Position numbers and translations under genes: made by a program. DNA of 63,942 nt, filler included, from Psammoneis japonica (taxonomy: Eukaryota): the NCBI GenBank assembly GCA_008632985.1. It is 3 parts of 3 records of this genome, joined end to end, with 100 filler letters (N's around TTAATTAATTAA, not from the genome) between each part and the next. Parts side by side here need not be neighbours in the genome. Positions count along the whole stretch, not along the records: positions 1 to 26,279 come from QPGO01000422.1; 2 more parts are not named here. The stretch is one strand, 5' to 3'. A model generated the notes under the pieces. It had not been told where the DNA came from. It saw nothing but the letters and a program-made list of their open reading frames with translations, and made no database searches. Positions 1-11,300 of the stretch are shown in pieces (the stretch's first letter is position 1; each line of letters begins with the position of its first letter).

Positions 1-295
1 TCCATAAATCTCATTGACATACAATGGGACCAAACCTTCCAGACAGATTGTGAGATTATCGTTATAAATGAAACAAGAAACGGGTAAATCGGTGAAAAAT
101 TCATTGAGACATCGCAACAGCACTAACCTGTCTCGAATCGCGCAATCGATTTTTTTGGCACACTTTGGACAAACCACAAATCCATAATTCTGATTGACAC
201 GCAACGGTTCCAAGCCTTTCAGAAAGATTGTAAAATTATCGTTTAGAATGAAACAAGAAACGTGAAAATCGGTGAAAGACTCACTGAGATGTCAA
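1..295. repeat. Degenerate ~180-bp tandem repeat (one full unit plus a partial unit; array may extend left of the window)
   Basis: 1-115 (tccataaatctcattgacat...aatgaaacaagaaacg...atcggtgaaa) recurs at 181-295 (tccataattctgattgacac...aatgaaacaagaaacg...atcggtgaaa), offset exactly 180 bp. Confidence 0.85.
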
Positions 296-777
296 CATGC
301 CTGCGGTGACACCGGCAGCACTCATCATTGTTCTGCTGCATGCGCTTTTTGTTGCGTGCAAAACAGCAAATTGAGCCAATTTAGATAGAGGGAACCCACC
401 TCTCGCGCTCAACGCGCTCGCTATTTTTTTTGTGTGCGTTCAACGCCTGTGAATCCCCTCCTTTTTTCCGTTTTTCCTTTCACCCGGCCACGAATGTGAA
501 AAAATTGCCAAAAATGGGCAAAGATTTCATGCTCGTGGCTGGTTAACGATAAGCCCATAACCCATCTCGTTAAACGACTTCGAGCCAGAGTAAGCTAAAT
601 GGTTAGTGATGCCCCCTAAATAAAATTTCTACTTCGGCACAAAGACTGCTAAATGATTAGTGAAGAGACCTAAATGATTAACGTCGGGATTTCAAATAGC
701 TAATAATACAGAAATGCAATTCTTGACTAGCATTTGATGTCGCTTTTGCGTAGAATGACACATAAAAAATAAAGACA

Positions 778-2511
778 ATGAACCTGCAAATCAATTTGTA
801 TTCAACGGATCGGCATTTTTCTGGCGCAACTGACAACATCAACGCATTAGCATGGACGTTTGTGAAGTGTATCAAGGAAACAAACAACATGAATCAGGGC
901 TCACATTGTCCTGCACACAACCCATATTCTGCAAAGAATGAAGCCATAAGAAAGAACAAGAGATTGGCAGAGAGCACATTGGCCAGAATGGTGAAAGCGT
1001 CGAAGAAAGCGTCTGAAAAGGACAAAGCTCGTGTCGAGAGTGGCAAAGATGCTGCTAGGAGCCGTCGAGCAAAGAGGGCTGCAGAAACTCGAGCTGTCAA
1101 CAGAGCAGCAAAAGTTTCACGTCAAGAAGTAGATGACAATGTAGTTGATGGGAGTTTGAAAGGATCTTTCACGTCACACACCTTGGCCGTGTACGACAAG
1201 CTGTCAGAATGCCGCAAGACGTCTGTTGGCTTCCAGGCGAACGGCAAACATGAGCCATGCGGAAGCTGGCCTCGGTTGTTTGCCTCTCCCATGGCAGATC
1301 TTTCATCTGACCCCATCAACAACTTCCCTTTTCCCCCAGGACAAGAAAGTGCGGAAGAGCCGAGTGCAACGTGTCTCTGTCGCGAGGATTTCGCCATGCC
1401 GCCTATCATGTTTTTTGGGCCAGAGGATCGTTGGCGGTCATTGTATTGGCCAGAGTACAGGCCCTGCTGCCCTTTTCATCCTGGAGAGTCTGCCTGTGTT
1501 GAGCATCTTGGGTGTTCAGATTGTGTCAGGCGCGCACATGGGGAGAAGCAAAATGAAGCTTTCGTTGGGCGACGACACTTGTGCACTCGAATGCAAGCGG
1601 AGACCAATGGCACTCGGAACAAGGACAGCCACACATTCTATAGTCATGACTCTGGAGTGCTGTCGCAAGCACCTGAGTTTGTTCAAGGTTGGTGGAGACA
1701 AAATGGTTGCAGAATTACGTCTAAAGGAGCAATCAAATGGACACTTGTCGACAGGATGAGATCGGAGCTTTCACATGGAATGAGTGGGCTTGGCTTTCTC
1801 AAGTCTCTTATTGAACAATATAAACAGACTCATGCTATGAAGGCAAAGATGTGGCGAGGATGCGTCAATTCGGCCCACAATGCGGTTAGAAAGGAGAGTC
1901 GAGTCAAGAATCGCTCTTTGTACTTCGACGCTGACGATGACAGGTCGGAAATGCAAGCACCGTCCCTAGCGTACCTGTTGGAAGTAACCATATCGGAAAT
2001 TGAGTCAAACATTCCATATTATCGTCACAAGATGACGATGAATGGTGGTCTGTTTTTGTCTGGGGATCATTTTATCAAAATCGGAAAGGTTGTTCTGATC
2101 GAGAACAAACGAGGTTTCGTTGGATTGTACTCGGTTATGAACGAGTTTGGACAAATACTTCTATTCCGACTCGTCACCGGTACAACCTTGCTGGAAGTTG
2201 AGGATAGCCTACGCGGTCTCAACCGTCGGTACAGAATTCACGGTTTCAAAGGCCCAATCGTGTTCACCACGGACCGCTGCTGCAATGAGCGATCATTTTA
2301 TGAAGGTGATAAGAACAAGGGCAAGGAACCAATCTTCCATTCATTTGTTCCAGAATCAGAAGAGGAAATGGATCATGCCATCTTGGGTGATGCCGAGCCG
2401 CAACGTGAAACTGGTGCCGACGAACCTCGTAAGGGGTGCAAGCGATTCCTGGGTATCGCAATTTTTCAGGTTGATGGGTCGGATTTAATCGAGTTGGTCA
2501 ATCTTGTTTAA
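778..2511 (+). CDS. Putative DDE-type transposase-like protein (resembles DUF6729-associated proteins), 3'-truncated at the copia junction
   Basis: 577-aa ORF with SGDHFIK...LYSVMNEFGQI...L..RY...G...P.VFTTDRCC, matching the DHxxK / NExGQI / DxCC pattern I recall from DUF6729-type transposase-like proteins; ends 10 bp before the LTR. Confidence 0.55.
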   Translation: MNLQINLYSTDRHFSGATDNINALAWTFVKCIKETNNMNQGSHCPAHNPYSAKNEAIRKNKRLAESTLARMVKASKKASEKDKARVESGKDAARSRRAKRAAETRAVNRAAKVSRQEVDDNVVDGSLKGSFTSHTLAVYDKLSECRKTSVGFQANGKHEPCGSWPRLFASPMADLSSDPINNFPFPPGQESAEEPSATCLCREDFAMPPIMFFGPEDRWRSLYWPEYRPCCPFHPGESACVEHLGCSDCVRRAHGEKQNEAFVGRRHLCTRMQAETNGTRNKDSHTFYSHDSGVLSQAPEFVQGWWRQNGCRITSKGAIKWTLVDRMRSELSHGMSGLGFLKSLIEQYKQTHAMKAKMWRGCVNSAHNAVRKESRVKNRSLYFDADDDRSEMQAPSLAYLLEVTISEIESNIPYYRHKMTMNGGLFLSGDHFIKIGKVVLIENKRGFVGLYSVMNEFGQILLFRLVTGTTLLEVEDSLRGLNRRYRIHGFKGPIVFTTDRCCNERSFYEGDKNKGKEPIFHSFVPESEEEMDHAILGDAEPQRETGADEPRKGCKRFLGIAIFQVDGSDLIELVNLV

Positions 2512-2520
2512 ATCCTGTCA

Positions 2521-2796
2521 TGACAGGATTTGAACAGGATTTGGATGCGCGCGAAGTATCGCGCGCTGTTTAGTTTACCGCGCACAGTTTTGTGTGCTTT
2601 AGTTCCGCGCGTTCGCGCTCGATGTAGTTTGCTTTCGAGCCACAAGGCTCACAAGAACAACAACAGTAGCCCGATTGTGCCGACTTACACGTCTTTCGGC
2701 TCCTGTAACGGTCTCTGAGCGGAGACTCATCTGCTATTTAGACAGCAGTAAGGAGTTGTTGTTTGAATTCTTGCCATTTGCCTTCAATTTCTGTCA
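2521..2796 (+). repeat. 5' LTR of copia copy 1
   Basis: 276 bp, TG...CA ends with 6-bp terminal inverted repeat; 13 differences from 8050-8325. Confidence 0.97.
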
Positions 2797-3080
2797 GGTT
2801 GACAGTCTTGCTCATTGTCAACCCATTGAGCAACCGCCATCGTCGTCGTTGATTTACCAACGACGCTGTTTCAATTCTGCGTGGACCTCCGTGTGCACTC
2901 TGCATGCATCGGCAAGTCTACGCGCATTCAATGCCAGGGCATCGGCAGGAAGTTAACGTCACCGTCAAGTCTCCTTGCCGCTGGACATCTGGATTGATTG
3001 CACTGCCTTTGATCGCTGAAGACTTGTGTTCAACGGTCATGTCCAAGTCTGTCCTTGATCAACATCCCTTTTGGGGGGGG

Positions 3081-6000
3081 GCTCTCATTCGCGAAAATGT
3101 GGGGTCCTCTGACGCACAGACCGTCTGCCGCTCCTTGTCTGAATGTGCGCTTGCCTCCACCCGTGCATCTGTCGAGTCCTCCACCCTGCTCGCGCACATC
3201 ACCACCGCACGTCTTGGTGATGGCACTTGGAAAGGTCCGACCCACGGGTTCATCCTTCATTGGCAAGATCAGTTGCACAAGTGCGAGGCACTCATCCCCG
3301 CCAGCGACCACTTCTCTGAAGGACAGAAGCGCGTCATGCTCGAGAATGCCGTGCACCCTGTCGAGGAACTCCGTGCTGTCAAGAACCAAGCTGATCAGCA
3401 TCGCACGCAGAGTGGCAAGAGCCTCACATGCGATCAATGCTGTGGGTTGCTCCTCTCCATGGCAGCTCAGTGCGACAGCACGTTTCAACCCAAGACGACA
3501 CCTCGAGCTCCCCGACGCGCCATGTGCGCACACGACGTCTGCTCCGAGGAACCGTCCGACAATGTGTTCTACGACATTGACAGCGACGTTGACGTCCTTC
3601 AAGCCAATGCTGCCTGCACCCGTGGTCCCAGCCTCACTGGTGTCCAATGGAGACGTCTCCCTCCCGACCACCAACGGCTCTGGGATTCGTTGCCCGATTC
3701 CTCCAAGGCGATCATCCTTGAGCACTCTCGTCCGCCTCCCCGCAACCCGCGAGCCAGCAACTGCCATGAGTCTGTTACGGCCAACCTTCACGACCAACAC
3801 CTTGGGAGTGACGGTGATGTCAACTTGTCCAACACGACTCCTGCTGACTGTGGTGACTCCGCTGCACATGTGGATGCCATTTCGGACAATCCTGTCCTGG
3901 CGCACCTCACCAAGCGCAAGCCACTGCCACCCGGTGATCTGCAACATCTGTTGTCTCCCAACCAAGCCCCCAATGCCAGTCGACCGGGGCCATCCGCCGC
4001 TTCCTCTACCCCGCCAGCTTCTGCAGATGACATGGAACTTAACGGCCGCACTTGCCGCCGCGTCAACAACCACAATGTCATTTGCTCTGCCTCTGCTCAT
4101 CGCTCCACACGCACTGGCGCTCTAGTCGATCGTGGGGCCAACGGCGGCATTGCTGGCGACGACGTCCGCGTCATCGCACGCACCTCTTGCCAAGTCGACG
4201 TTCAGGGCATTGACGATCATCAATTGGTGGACATCCCCATTGTCACCGCTGGTGCCGTCATTGAGACCCAGCGTGGTCCCGTCATCGCCATCCTCCATCA
4301 GCACGCATGCACGGGAAAGGGCAAGACCATCCATTCCTGTGGCCAGCTCGAATGGCACAAACAGGATGTCAACGATCGCTCTGTCAAGGCGCCCAACGGC
4401 TTGCAACGCATTGCCACTCCTGATGGCCATGTCATCCCCATTGACATCAAGGCTGGCCTGCCTCATGTTGCCATGCGACCTTACACTGACGCCGAATGGG
4501 ACACCCTGCCCCATGTCATCCTCACCGGTGATGACACATGGGACCCTTCCGTCCTCGATCACTCTGTCACTGACGACGACCAGTGGTGCGACGCGATCTC
4601 TGACCTGCAGGACGATCCCACTGCCAACCCATTTGACGAATGCGGCAACCACCGCCGCCGTGTCGTTGTCAGCGAGACCATCTTGTCCGCTTCCTTGTCT
4701 GCCGATCACGCGTCCACCCTCGATGATCACCTCATTCCGAACGACGACGTGTTCTACGAGTGTCACATGCATGCGATTGACCCCAAGGGCGATGACGTTC
4801 CACCTCCGGAGCGCACTGCACAGCCCAAGGACCCCCCCTTCGAGTCTCTTCGGCCTCACTTTGGCTTCCCACCTGCCGACACGGTCCGTCGTACTTTTGA
4901 CTGCACCACGCAGTGCGCCCGCATGCCCGCCGGTGCACACCTTCGCAAGGCCTGCAAATCACCCAACCCCGCCCTTAATGTGCACCGCCGCAACGAGCCT
5001 GTCGCCACTGACACCATTTGTGCCGACACCCCGGCCGTCGACTCTGGTTGCACCAGCGCCCAACTGTTTGTTGGCACCGAGTCTACCGTCACTGACGTCT
5101 GCGGCACTAAGACGGACAAAGAGTTTGTCAACACACTCGAGGATCAGATCCGTGAACGTGGTGCCCCATCCAAACTCATTAGCGACCGTGCTCAAGTTGA
5201 GATCAGCAACAAAGTGCTCGGGATCCTGCGCGCCCTCTTCATCTCCAGCTGGCAAAGTGAGCCTCACCAGCAACACCAAAACTTTGCCGAGCGTCGCTGC
5301 CAGACCGTGAAGCGCATGGCGAACACTGTCATGGACCGTTTTGGTTCGCCCGCCCACACATGGCTGCTGGCGCTCATGTGCGTGTGCTTCATGCTCAACC
5401 ACACAGCGTCCCCACGTCTCCACTGGCGCACGCCCCTCGAGACTCTCACTGGATCCACCCCGGACATCAGCCCATTGCTTCGCTTTCACTGGTGGGAACC
5501 AGTGCACTTCCACCTCGATGACTCCGATTGGCCGTCCGAATCCCGTGAGTTGCGCGGACGCTTCGTTGGCATTGCTGAGCACATCGGCCACCAGATGACC
5601 TTCAAGATCCTTTCTGACGAGACTCAAAAGATCCTCTGCTGGTCCAACGTTCGCTCCGCTGCCCCCGATCCTGCTGTTCGAAACCTGCGTCTTGATCCTC
5701 CTGATGGGGAGCCACCTGAACCCATCATCAAATCTCGCCATGACGACAACCCCGTCGATTCTCCTGATGGGGAGATCAGGACACCCAAGATGCCAGTTTT
5801 CGATCCGCAAGACATCATTGGACGCACCTTCCTCATGCAGCCACAAGAGGACGGACAACGCCACAGAGCTCGCATCGTCAAGGCCGTCGAAGACCACGAA
5901 TGGAAAGTGAACGGCAATCCCGAGCTCACTAAGTTCGTCTGCTCTGTCAACAATGACGAATACGAGGAAGTCCTTGCCTGCAATGACATCATGAATCACA

Positions 6001-8102
6001 TTGAGCAAGAAGACGAAGACACCACTGTTTGGAAATTTCGACGCATCGTGTCACACGAAGGACCTCTGAAGCCTCACGACCCAACCTGGAAAGGCTCAAG
6101 CTACAACATCATGCTTGAATGGGAAAGTGGGGAGATCACGTCCGAGCCTCTTGCCATCATCGCCAAGGACGACCCCGTCACCTGTGCCATCTATGCACGA
6201 GAGAACGGACTCCTCGACACGGATGGATGGAAGCGGTTCCGCACTGTCGCGAGGCGCCAAAAGAAACTGTTTCGCATGGCCAACCAAGCCAAGCTTCGCT
6301 CCTTCCGCACTGCACCTCGCTGCAAGTGCGGGTGCGAAGTTCCCCGGAACTACAAACACGCCATGTCACTGGACGAACGCAACGGCAACCGCAAGTGGGG
6401 AGACGCAACTAATCTCGAGATGGACCAACTCGACGAATGCGAAGTCTTCCATGACTGCGGGCCCTTCAAGTCTTCCACTCCTCCTGCGGGACACAAGAAG
6501 ATCCGAGTGCACCTGGTGTACGACGTGAAACACGACGGTTGCCACAAGGCACGACTCGTAGCCGACGGGCACCTCACGGACGTACCCATCGACAGTGTCC
6601 ACTCCGGAGCAGTCTCCCTTCGTGGCCTTCGGCTGATGATTTTCCTGGCCGAACTCAACGAGCTGGAGACATGGGCCACCGACATTGGCAATGCCTGCCT
6701 TGAGGCCACCACCAAGGAGAAGCTTTACATTGCAGCTGGACCCGAATTTGGCAAACTCGAAGGACACATCCTTGTCATCCACAAGGCACTGCATGGACTG
6801 TGCAGCTCCGGTCTCCGCTGGCACGAACGCTTCGCCGACTGCCTGCGAGCTGAAGGCTTCTTCCCCTGCCGCGCCGAACCCGACATTTGGATGCGCAGGA
6901 ACGGCGACCACTGTGAATACATTGCCGTTTATGTGGATGACCTCGCCATTGCCATGAAGGACCCTCAACCTTTCGTCGACACTCTCACGGAAAAGTGCAA
7001 GTTCAAGCTCAAGGGCACGGGACCCATTGAGTTCCATCTGGGTTGCGACTTTTCCCGGGACCCCGACGGAACCTTGTGCCTGTCTCCGCGCAAGCACATC
7101 GAGCGCATGGTCGACAGCTGCGCCCGACTGTTTGGGGAGAAACCTGCCACCAACGCCCTGTCACCTCTAGAGAAGGGTGACCACCCCGAACTGGACACTT
7201 CCGAACTGCTGGGACCCGATGGCATTCACAAGTTCCAGTCTCTTGTTGGTTCACTCCAATGGGCAGTGTCCCTTGGTCGAATTGACATCACCACGGCCGT
7301 CATGTCACTCTCTAGCTTCCGAGCTGCGCCCCGTCAAGGCCACTTGGATCGTGCCAAACGCGTCTGTGGGCACCTCTCCAAGATGCGACACGGTGCTCTC
7401 CGCGTTCGCACGGAAGAGCCCGACTGTTCGGATCTCCCTGCTCCGGCCTGTGAATGGATGCATTCCGTGCATGGTGAAGCAGAAGAGATGATCCCGAAGG
7501 ACGCTCCACCGCCCCTTGGCAAGTTCGTCACTGCCACCCACTGCGTCGATGCAAACTTGCACCATTGCATGCTCACCGGACGCTCTGTCATGGGAATGCT
7601 CCACTTCCTCAACAAATTCCCGGCTGATTGGTTCTCCAAGAAACAAGCCACCGTGGAGACTGCAACCTGCGGGTCTGAATTTGTTGCCGCAAGGAATTGT
7701 GTTGAGCAGATTGTCGACCTGCGCATCACCCTGCGCTGCCTTGGCGTCCCGATCCGTAATGTCAGTTACATGTTCGGTGACAACAAGTCGGTTGTAGACA
7801 GTGCCACCATCCCGCACTCCAAGTTACACAAGCGACACACCGCACCATCGTTCCACCGTGTGCGTGAGGCAATTGCCTCTGGTTGCCTTGAGTTCCACTT
7901 CATCGAAGGCTCCCGCAACCCTGCTGACATTCTCAGCAAGCATTGGGGTCACTCCCAAATCTGGGACCTTCTCCGCCCCCTCATGTTCTGGAACTTCATT
8001 CCATCCGAAGTCGAATCTGTTTCTGTGGCTCCTCAAGCAAACTGGGGAGTGACAGGATTTGAACAGGATTTGGATGCGCGCGAAGTGTCGCGCGCTGTTT
8101 AG
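3081..8102 (+). pseudogene. Copia gag-pol (N-terminally deleted, open but Tyr-depleted)
   Basis: LVDRGANGG protease, VATDT/SDRAQVE integrase, KARLVA/DIGNAC/YVDD RT, DANL/GSEF/GDN RNaseH; many conserved Tyr are Cys/His. Confidence 0.93.
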
Positions 8103-8325
8103 TTTACCGCGCACAGTTTTGTGTGCTTTAGTTCCGCGCGTTCACGCGCGATGCAGTTTGCTTTCGAGCCACAAGGCTCACAAGAATAACAACAGTGGCC
8201 CGATTACACCGACTTGCACGTCTTTCGGCTCCTGCAACGGTCTCTGAGCGGAGACTCATCTGCCATTTAGACAGCAGCAAGGAGTTGTTGTTTGAATTCT
8301 TGCCATTTGCCTTCAATTTCTGTCA
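8050..8325 (+). repeat. 3' LTR of copia copy 1
   Basis: Direct repeat of 2521-2796, preceded by PPT. Confidence 0.97.
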
Positions 8326-11300
8326 GAATGGGACACCCTGCCCCCACGTCATCCTCACCGGTGATGACACATGGGACCCTTCCGTCCTCGATCACTCTGG
8401 TCACTGACGATGACCAGTGGTGCGACGCGATCTCTGACCTGCAGGACGATCCCACTGCCAACCTATTTGACGAATGCGGCAACTACCGTCACCGTGTCGT
8501 TGTCAACGAGACCATCTTGTCCGCTTCCTTGTCTGCCGATCACGCGTCCGCCCTCGATGATCACCTCATTCCGAACGACGACGTGTTCTACGAGTGTCAT
8601 CTGCACGCGATTGACCCCAAGGGCGATGACGTTCCACCTCCGGAGCGCACTGTACAGCCCAAGGACCCCCCCTTCGAGTCTCTTCGGCCTCACTTTGGCT
8701 TCCTACCCACCGATGCGGTCCGTCGTACTTTTGACTGCACCACGCAGTGCGCCCGCATGCCCGCCGGCACACACCTTCGCAAGGCCTTCAAATCACCCAA
8801 CCCCGCCCTTAATGTGCACCGTCGCAACGAGCCTGTCGCCACTGACACCGTTCATGCCGACACCCCGGCCGTCGACTCTGGTTGCACCAGCTCCCAACTG
8901 TTTGTTGGCACCGAGTCTACCGTCACTGACGTCTACGGCACCAAGACGGACAAAGAGTTTGTCAACACACTCGAGGATCAGATCCGTGAACGTGGTGCCC
9001 CATCCAAACTCATTAGCGACCGTGCTCAAGTTGAGATCAGCAACAAAGTGCTCGGGATCCTACGCGCCCTCTTCATCTCCAGCTGGCAAAGTGAGCCTCA
9101 CCAGCAACACCAAAACTTTGCCGAGCGTCGACACCAGACTGTGAAGCGCATGGCGAACACTGTCATGGACCGTTTTGGTTCGCCCGCCCACACATGGCTG
9201 CTGGCGCTCATGTGCGTGTGCTTCACACTCAACCATGCAGCATCCCCACGTCTCCACTGGCGCACGCCCCTCAAGACTCTCACTGGATCCACCCCGGACA
9301 TCAGCCCATTGCTTCGCTTTCACTGGTGGGAACCAGTGTACTTCCACCTCGATGACACCGATTGGCCGTCCGAATCTCGTGAGTTGCGTGGACGCTTCGT
9401 TGGCATTGCTGAGCACGTCGGCCACCAGATGACCTTCAAGATTCTATCTGACGAGACTCAGAAGATCCTCTGCCGGTCCAACGTTCGCTCCGCCACCCCC
9501 GATCCTGCCGTTCGAAACCTTCGTCTTGATCCTCCTGATGGGGAGCCACCTGAACCCATCATCAAATCTCGCCATGACGACAACCCCGTCGATTCTCCTG
9601 ATGGGGAGATCAGGACACCCAAGATGCCAGTTTTCGATCCGCAAGACATCATTGGACGTACCTTCCTCATGCAGCCACAAGAGGACGGACAACGCCACAG
9701 AGCTCGCACCGTCGAAGACCACGAATGGAAAGTGAAGTTCGTCTGCTCTGTCAACAATGACGAATACGAGGAAGTCCTTGCCTGCAATGACATCATGAAT
9801 CACATTGAGCAAGAAGACGAAGACACCACTGTTTGGAAATTTCGATGCATCGTGTCACACGAAGGCCCTCTGAAGCCTCACGACCCAACCTGGAAAGGCT
9901 CAAGCTACAACATCATGCTTGAATGGGAAAGTGGGGAGATCACGTCCGAGCCTCTTGCCATCATCGCCAAGGACGACCCCGTCACCTGTGCCATCTATGC
10001 ACGAGAGAACGGACTCCTCGACACGGATGGATGGAAGCGGTTCCGCACCATCGCGAGGCGCCAAAAGAAGCTATTTCGCATGGCCAACCAAGCCAAGCTT
10101 CGCTCCTTCCGCACTGCACCTCGCTGCAAGCACGGACACGAAGTTCCCCGGAACTGCAAACACGCCATGTCACTAGACGAACGCAACGGCAACCGCAAGT
10201 GGGGAGACGCAACTAATCTCGAGATGGACCAACTCGACGAATACGAAGTCTTCCATGACTGCGGGCCCTTCAAGTCTTCCACTCCTCCTGCGGGACACAA
10301 GAAGATCCGAGTGCACCTGGCGCACGACGTGAAACACGACGGTCGCCACAAGGCACGACTCGTAGCCGACGGGCACCTCACGGACGTACCTGTCGACAGT
10401 GTCTACTCCGGAGTAGTCTCCCTTCGTGGCCTTCGGCTGATGATTTTCCTGGCCGAACTCAACGAGCTGGAGACATGGGCCACCGACATTGGCAATGCCC
10501 ACCTTGAAGCCACCACCAAGGAGAAGCTTTACATTGTAGCTGGACCCGAATTTGGCAAACTCGAAGGACACATCCTTGTCATCCACAAGGCACTGTATGG
10601 ACTCCGCAGCTCCGGTCTCCACTGGCACGAGCGCTTCGCCGACTGCCTGCGAGCTGAAGGCTTCTTCCCCTGCCGCGCCGAACCCGACATTTGGATGCGC
10701 AGGAACGGCGACCACCATGAATGCATTGCCGTTTATGTGGATGACCTCGCCATTGCCATGAAGGACCCTCAATCTTTCGTCGACACTCTCACGGAAAAGT
10801 GCAAGTTCAAGCTCAAGGGTGCGGGACCCATTGAGTTCCATCTGGGTTGCGACTTTTCCCGGGACCCCGACGGAACCTTGTGCCTGTCTCCGCGCAAGTA
10901 CATCGAGCGCATGGTCGACAGCTGCGCCCGACTGTTTGGGGAGAAACCTGCCACCAACGCCCTGTCACCTCTAGAGAAGGGTGACCACCCTGAACTGGAC
11001 ACTTCCGAACTGCTGGGACCCGATGGCATTCACAAGTTCCAGTCTCTTGTTGGTTCACTCCAATGGGCAGTGTCCCTTGGTCGAATTGACATTGCCACGG
11101 CCGTCATGTCACTCTCTAGCTTCCGAGCTGCACCCCGTCAAGGCCACTTGGATCGTGCCAAACGCGTCTGTGGGCACCTCTCCAAGATGCGACACGGTGC
11201 TCTCCGCGTTCGCACGGAAGAGCCCGACTGTTCGGATCTCCCTGCTCCGGCCTACGAATGGATGCATTCCGTGTGCGGTGAAGCAGAAGAGATGATCCCG

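Larger units (their letters stand above)
2521..8325 (+). mobile_element. Ty1/copia (CoDi-like) LTR retrotransposon copy 1, with ~1.3-kb internal deletion of the 5' UTR/gag start, no TSD
   Basis: Two 276-bp LTRs (TGACAG...CTGTCA); protease-integrase-RT-RNaseH order; PPT ggggag at 8044-8049; near-identical to copy 3. Confidence 0.97.

Noticed and set aside
8050..8102. Pol frame running 53 nt into the 3' LTR as evidence of an erased stop codon
   Set aside because: Shared by all four copies, so the ancestral state cannot be determined here.
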